Source: an uncultured delta proteobacterium
GTDB taxonomy: Bacteria > Myxococcota > Kuafuiibacteriia > Kuafuiibacteriales > Kuafuiibacteriaceae
NCBI GenBank assembly: GCA_963803435.1
Contig: CAWDML010000009.1
Location: forward strand, 288,001-352,000
DNA length: 64,000 nucleotides
Reading direction: 5' to 3'
The number at the start of each line of letters is the position of its first letter. The stretch's first letter is position 1. Made by a program: the position numbers and the translations under genes. The notes under the pieces are model-generated. The model had not been told where the DNA came from. It did no database searches and saw only the letters and a list, made by a program, of their open reading frames with translations. Of this stretch, positions 60,308 to 64,000 are shown piece by piece.

Positions 60308-61509
60308 AGGCCTACCGGGTCAGGACCGAGCGGCGGATCGCACCCTTCGGCGACCCCGCGCGGGATCTGTTCGTGGGCGTCCGCACGCTCGGAGAGTGGC
60401 AGTCGAGCGCCGTCCGGGGCGCGGGCCTCGAGCTCGAGGACGTCGACCGCGTGGCGGATGCCCGGGAGCGGCCGTGCCTCCTCTTCTTCGACGACGTCTT
60501 CTTCTCGGAGATCGCGCTCCGCCAGTTCCTCGCCGACACCCTCCGCTCGACCGACGACACCCAGCTGGCCCTGGAGAGCTCACCGATCCTGCGGGCGATC
60601 GAGCCGCTTCAGGAGGCCCGCGCGGTCGAAGGCGGGGCGGCCTTCGGCGTCTTCCGTCTGACGGGGGAGGGACCGCTCGAGTCGGCCCGACCGGTGTTCG
60701 TGCGCCGGCGCGAGAGGGAGATCGAGCTGCGGCTCCCGCCGCTGATCGGCGAGGGGGAGGGCCGCGTGACGCACAAGCGGGTGGCGGCGCCGCTCACGGC
60801 CCGGATCGTCGCGCACGTTCGGCACTGGATCCACCTGCTGCGGCTCTCGCAGCTCTCGATCGGAATCGAGCTGGTGGAGCGCCTGCGGAAGCAGCCGCGC
60901 CTGATGCTGCGGCTCCGCCTGATGAAGGGACGCGACCCCTGGGAGATCGCGCGAAAGATCAACTTCGTGGATCCGCACGCGCGCGTGCATCCGACCGCCG
61001 ATCTCGAGTGTGCGGTGATCGGTCCCGGCGCGGTCGTGCACGCTCACGCGCACGTGCATCGGACCGTCCTCGGCCCCGGCGTGGAGGTCGGAGATCACGC
61101 GGCGCTGGTGGGCTGCACGCTCGCCGAGAACGTCCACGTGCTCCGCGCCTCGTACTTCGCGCTCTGCGCGGCCATGCCTGGAGGAACGCTCGCCAACTAC
61201 AAGGCCCAGCTCTCGCTGTTCGGGCGCGATGTCTTCCTGACGTCTTCGGCGATGCTCATCGACGCCAAGCTCGAAGGGGAGATCGGGATCGCGCACGAGG
61301 GCCGCGTGCTCCCGACGGGCACGCCGTTCCTCGGCAGTTGCCTCGGCCACCGCGTGACGCTCGGGGCGAACGTCGCGATCCTCCCCGGGCGCGCCGTCCC
61401 CAACGGGCAGATCATCGTGGGCGCGCCGGAGCAGTTCGTCTCGCATGCACCGGATTACCCTGAAGGGACGCTCCTCACCGTCCGCAACGGCCGGATCGAG
61501 CCGGTCTGA
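60304..61509 (+). CDS. GlmU-like protein: degenerate N-terminal domain plus left-handed beta-helix (hexapeptide) repeats
   Basis: GTGA overlap; HWIHLL...; VHPTA, VIGPGAVV, VLGPGVEVG, LGHRVTLGANV.I.PG. Confidence 0.65.
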   Translation: MKAYRVRTERRIAPFGDPARDLFVGVRTLGEWQSSAVRGAGLELEDVDRVADARERPCLLFFDDVFFSEIALRQFLADTLRSTDDTQLALESSPILRAIEPLQEARAVEGGAAFGVFRLTGEGPLESARPVFVRRREREIELRLPPLIGEGEGRVTHKRVAAPLTARIVAHVRHWIHLLRLSQLSIGIELVERLRKQPRLMLRLRLMKGRDPWEIARKINFVDPHARVHPTADLECAVIGPGAVVHAHAHVHRTVLGPGVEVGDHAALVGCTLAENVHVLRASYFALCAAMPGGTLANYKAQLSLFGRDVFLTSSAMLIDAKLEGEIGIAHEGRVLPTGTPFLGSCLGHRVTLGANVAILPGRAVPNGQIIVGAPEQFVSHAPDYPEGTLLTVRNGRIEPV

Positions 61510-61595
61510 TCCTCGCCGGTCGGTCATTCGTCGGATCCGAGATCCTGGATTCGGTACGATGATCATCGTGGACGGGGCGTTGAGAGTGGAATCTG

Positions 61596-63947
61596 ATGAC
61601 CTACATGGTGCGCACCGCGCTCGCTCCGTTCCTGATCACCGCCGCGCTGATCACTTCCTGTAACGGCAACGACAGCCTGATCCGGGTGCGTCCGCGCATC
61701 GTGACCGAGCCTTCGGCCGGGACCGCGCTGACGTTCACCGAGGTCGTCCTGGGTCGCTCCGAGGCCGAGCCGGTGATCGTGGTGATCGGCAATGTCGGCG
61801 AGGGCCCGCTCTCGATCGACGACGTGCGGCTCGAGGGCGAGGGCGCCTCTCAGTTCCGCGTGAGCTCGCACCCGCGTGCGCTCGCGCCCGGACAGCGCGG
61901 CGAGCTCTTCCTTCGCTTCGAGCCGACCTCACCCGGCGATCACCTCGCCACGCTGATCATCGAGAGCAACGACACCACCGACCCCTCGCTCTCCTTCCCC
62001 GTCTCGGGCTCCGCCCACGAGCCCTGCGCGATCAGCGCCGGCCCCCCGCACCAGGTGTTCCTGCTCGGGGAGATCAGGGACGTCACGGTCCGGGCCGAGA
62101 CCTCGTACGAGTGCAAGATCGTCCGCATCTTCACCGACGAGAACCTGTTCGAGATCCTGAACCTCCCCGAGCTCCCGTACACGATCCCTGCGGGCGGCGA
62201 GCTGGATCTCCAGGTCCAGCACATCAACGTCAGCACGCAGCCGGGCACGCCCACGCGGGAGATGCGCATCAAGGAGTCGGGCGGCACCGAGTCGGTCGTG
62301 ACCTTCCAGGGCGAGCCGCCCCTGTATGGGTGCCTGTCGGTGTTCCCGAACAAGCAGATCATCTTCGGATCGGCGCAGATCGGTACCCACCTCCAGCAGC
62401 GCGCGGTGGTCCGAAACTCCTGCAGCCGAGAGGCCTACGTCAGCTCGGCGGTGATCGGCACCGGCTTCTACTTCTTCAGCGTCGAGGGCGAGTTCCCTCA
62501 GGCCGTCCCGCCGCTCGGCTCGATCGACGTGGTGGTCACCTACGATCCCTTCGATCCGCTCGGCGACCGCGGCATCCTCAACATCAACACCAACGACGCC
62601 GCCAACCCGCGCTTCCGGCTCGAGCTCTACGGGACCGCGCAGGTCCCGCAGATCCAGAGCTTCCCGCAGGTCCTCGACTTCGGGACCGTGGTGTTCCGCA
62701 ACCCTCAGGGCGCCGAGATGCGATCGGAGTGTGCCTCCCGCACCCAGTACGTGCAGGTGTTCAGCACCGGTGACGCGCCGCTGATCATCGACGATCTCGA
62801 GATCGAGGCGGGCCACGACGACCTCTTCGACGTGACCAGCGTGACGGTGGACAGCACGCCCATCCCCGACTTCACCCAGCCGATCACGGTGCTCCCGGGC
62901 GAGGAGGCCCGGATCACCGTGCAGTTCTATCCGACCCGCCTCACGCCGGTGGAGCATCGGAGCAAGCTCCTGATCCACCACAACGCCTCGCCCGATCCCC
63001 AGGAGGTGACGCTGATCGGCAAGGCCGCCAACGACGGCGCCACCACCGACATCTTCCACCAGCTCGAGGGCCCGAAGCTCGACATTCTCTGGGTGATCGA
63101 CGACTCGTGCTCGATGTTCGACGAGCAGGCGAGGTTGATCGACAACCTCACCCAGTTCGTCGGCTACGCGGACGCGCAGAACGCCGACTATCAGATGGCG
63201 GTGACCAACACCGACTCGCGCTCGCGCAACGCGGGACGCCTCCACCGCTGCTTCCCGCACCCGGTCGTCATCGGCAGCAGCTACGCCGACAGCGCCACCC
63301 GCGAGGAGGCGTTCGAGTGCATGTTCAACCTCGGCACCACCGGCGGTGGCGAGTTCGAGGCGGGCCTGGGCGCGGCGATGCGCGTGCTCGAGCGCGCGAC
63401 CGATCCCAACAACGCGGATCCGAACGTGAACCCGAACGCAGCGCTGCTCCGCCCCGACGCGAAGCTGGTGGTGGTGGTGATGAGCGACGAGGACGATCAG
63501 TCGGTCGAGGCCGATCCGGTCATCCGCGACTTCTACTTCTCCGTGAAGGGCGCGCACCGCCCCGACCGCGTCTCGGTGCACGCGATCGCAGGCCCGGTCG
63601 ATCACGCGTGCGAGACCGGCGTTCGCCAGGCCTCGCCCGGGTTCCGTTACCACTGGATGACGCAACAGACCGGCGGCATCTTCTTCGACATCTGCCAGCC
63701 GGACTGGCAGCCGGTCCTGCAGGATCTCGGGCTCTCGGTGTTCACGCCCATCGACGAGTGGGATCTCACCCAGGCCGCCGATCCGGCGTCGCTGGTGGTG
63801 ACCGTCGACGGCGTGCCGGTGGCCCGCGACGTGAACAACGGCTACACGTACAACCCGCTCGGAAACAGCATCAAGTTCCACGGCGCTGCGCTGCCGGAGC
63901 CGGGCGCGGAGATCATCGCGGACTACAGCGGGCTGTGCCGCCCGTAG
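61596..63947 (+). CDS. Lipoprotein with several Ig-like (choice-of-anchor D/ASH-like) domains and C-terminal VWA (CglB-like)
   Basis: Lipobox ITSC; repeated N.G..PL.I, F.P...G, LDFG, NDAANP units; KLDILWVIDDSCSM MIDAS, EAGL, SDEDDQS, DIC..DW. Confidence 0.82.
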   Translation: MTYMVRTALAPFLITAALITSCNGNDSLIRVRPRIVTEPSAGTALTFTEVVLGRSEAEPVIVVIGNVGEGPLSIDDVRLEGEGASQFRVSSHPRALAPGQRGELFLRFEPTSPGDHLATLIIESNDTTDPSLSFPVSGSAHEPCAISAGPPHQVFLLGEIRDVTVRAETSYECKIVRIFTDENLFEILNLPELPYTIPAGGELDLQVQHINVSTQPGTPTREMRIKESGGTESVVTFQGEPPLYGCLSVFPNKQIIFGSAQIGTHLQQRAVVRNSCSREAYVSSAVIGTGFYFFSVEGEFPQAVPPLGSIDVVVTYDPFDPLGDRGILNINTNDAANPRFRLELYGTAQVPQIQSFPQVLDFGTVVFRNPQGAEMRSECASRTQYVQVFSTGDAPLIIDDLEIEAGHDDLFDVTSVTVDSTPIPDFTQPITVLPGEEARITVQFYPTRLTPVEHRSKLLIHHNASPDPQEVTLIGKAANDGATTDIFHQLEGPKLDILWVIDDSCSMFDEQARLIDNLTQFVGYADAQNADYQMAVTNTDSRSRNAGRLHRCFPHPVVIGSSYADSATREEAFECMFNLGTTGGGEFEAGLGAAMRVLERATDPNNADPNVNPNAALLRPDAKLVVVVMSDEDDQSVEADPVIRDFYFSVKGAHRPDRVSVHAIAGPVDHACETGVRQASPGFRYHWMTQQTGGIFFDICQPDWQPVLQDLGLSVFTPIDEWDLTQAADPASLVVTVDGVPVARDVNNGYTYNPLGNSIKFHGAALPEPGAEIIADYSGLCRP

Positions 63948-64000
63948 CGCGGCGACCCGGCACCCATTAGTCTCGTCGGGTGACGCGCGCCGAGATCCTC

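Overview
A very GC-rich bacterial chromosome segment, most likely Myxococcota: it has two MYXO-CTERM proteins, an FHA-sigma54 activator, a zinc-ribbon/GYF protein and an AgmX/PglI-like kinase C-terminus. It holds about 60 tightly packed CDSs and one tRNA-Gln(UUG). I see no IS, prophage, rRNA or CRISPR array. Main blocks: (1) 1-5355, a translationally coupled sulfur-relay operon: MoeB-like E1 fused to TusA, a MoaD/CysO-like GG-ending carrier, a short degenerate E1, cysteine synthase, a JAB/Mec peptidase fused to a catalytically degenerate ATP-sulfurylase-like module, an FHA-pseudokinase and LarE. This is the best candidate for an undescribed system. (2) Envelope and housekeeping genes (BPI/LBP-like MYXO-CTERM lipoprotein, M20 peptidase, pal-like, gatCA, uvrD, slt). 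(3) An STK plus FHA-sigma54 pair and tandem CNNM/HlyC genes. (4) infC-rpmI-rplT. (5) A ~15 kb minus-strand moxR-DUF58-batABCDE-peptidase-natAB-ftsH-sugar dehydrogenase run. (6) tRNA-Gln-prs-[collagen lipoprotein]-rplY-pth-rpsF-rplI-dnaB, with rpsR missing. Twelve apparent +1 frameshifts, several in essential genes, fall on GAATC/GATTC and are each repaired by restoring GATC. This pattern suggests long-read basecalling errors at modified GATC sites rather than true pseudogenes. All family calls come from motif recognition by eye; no searches were run.
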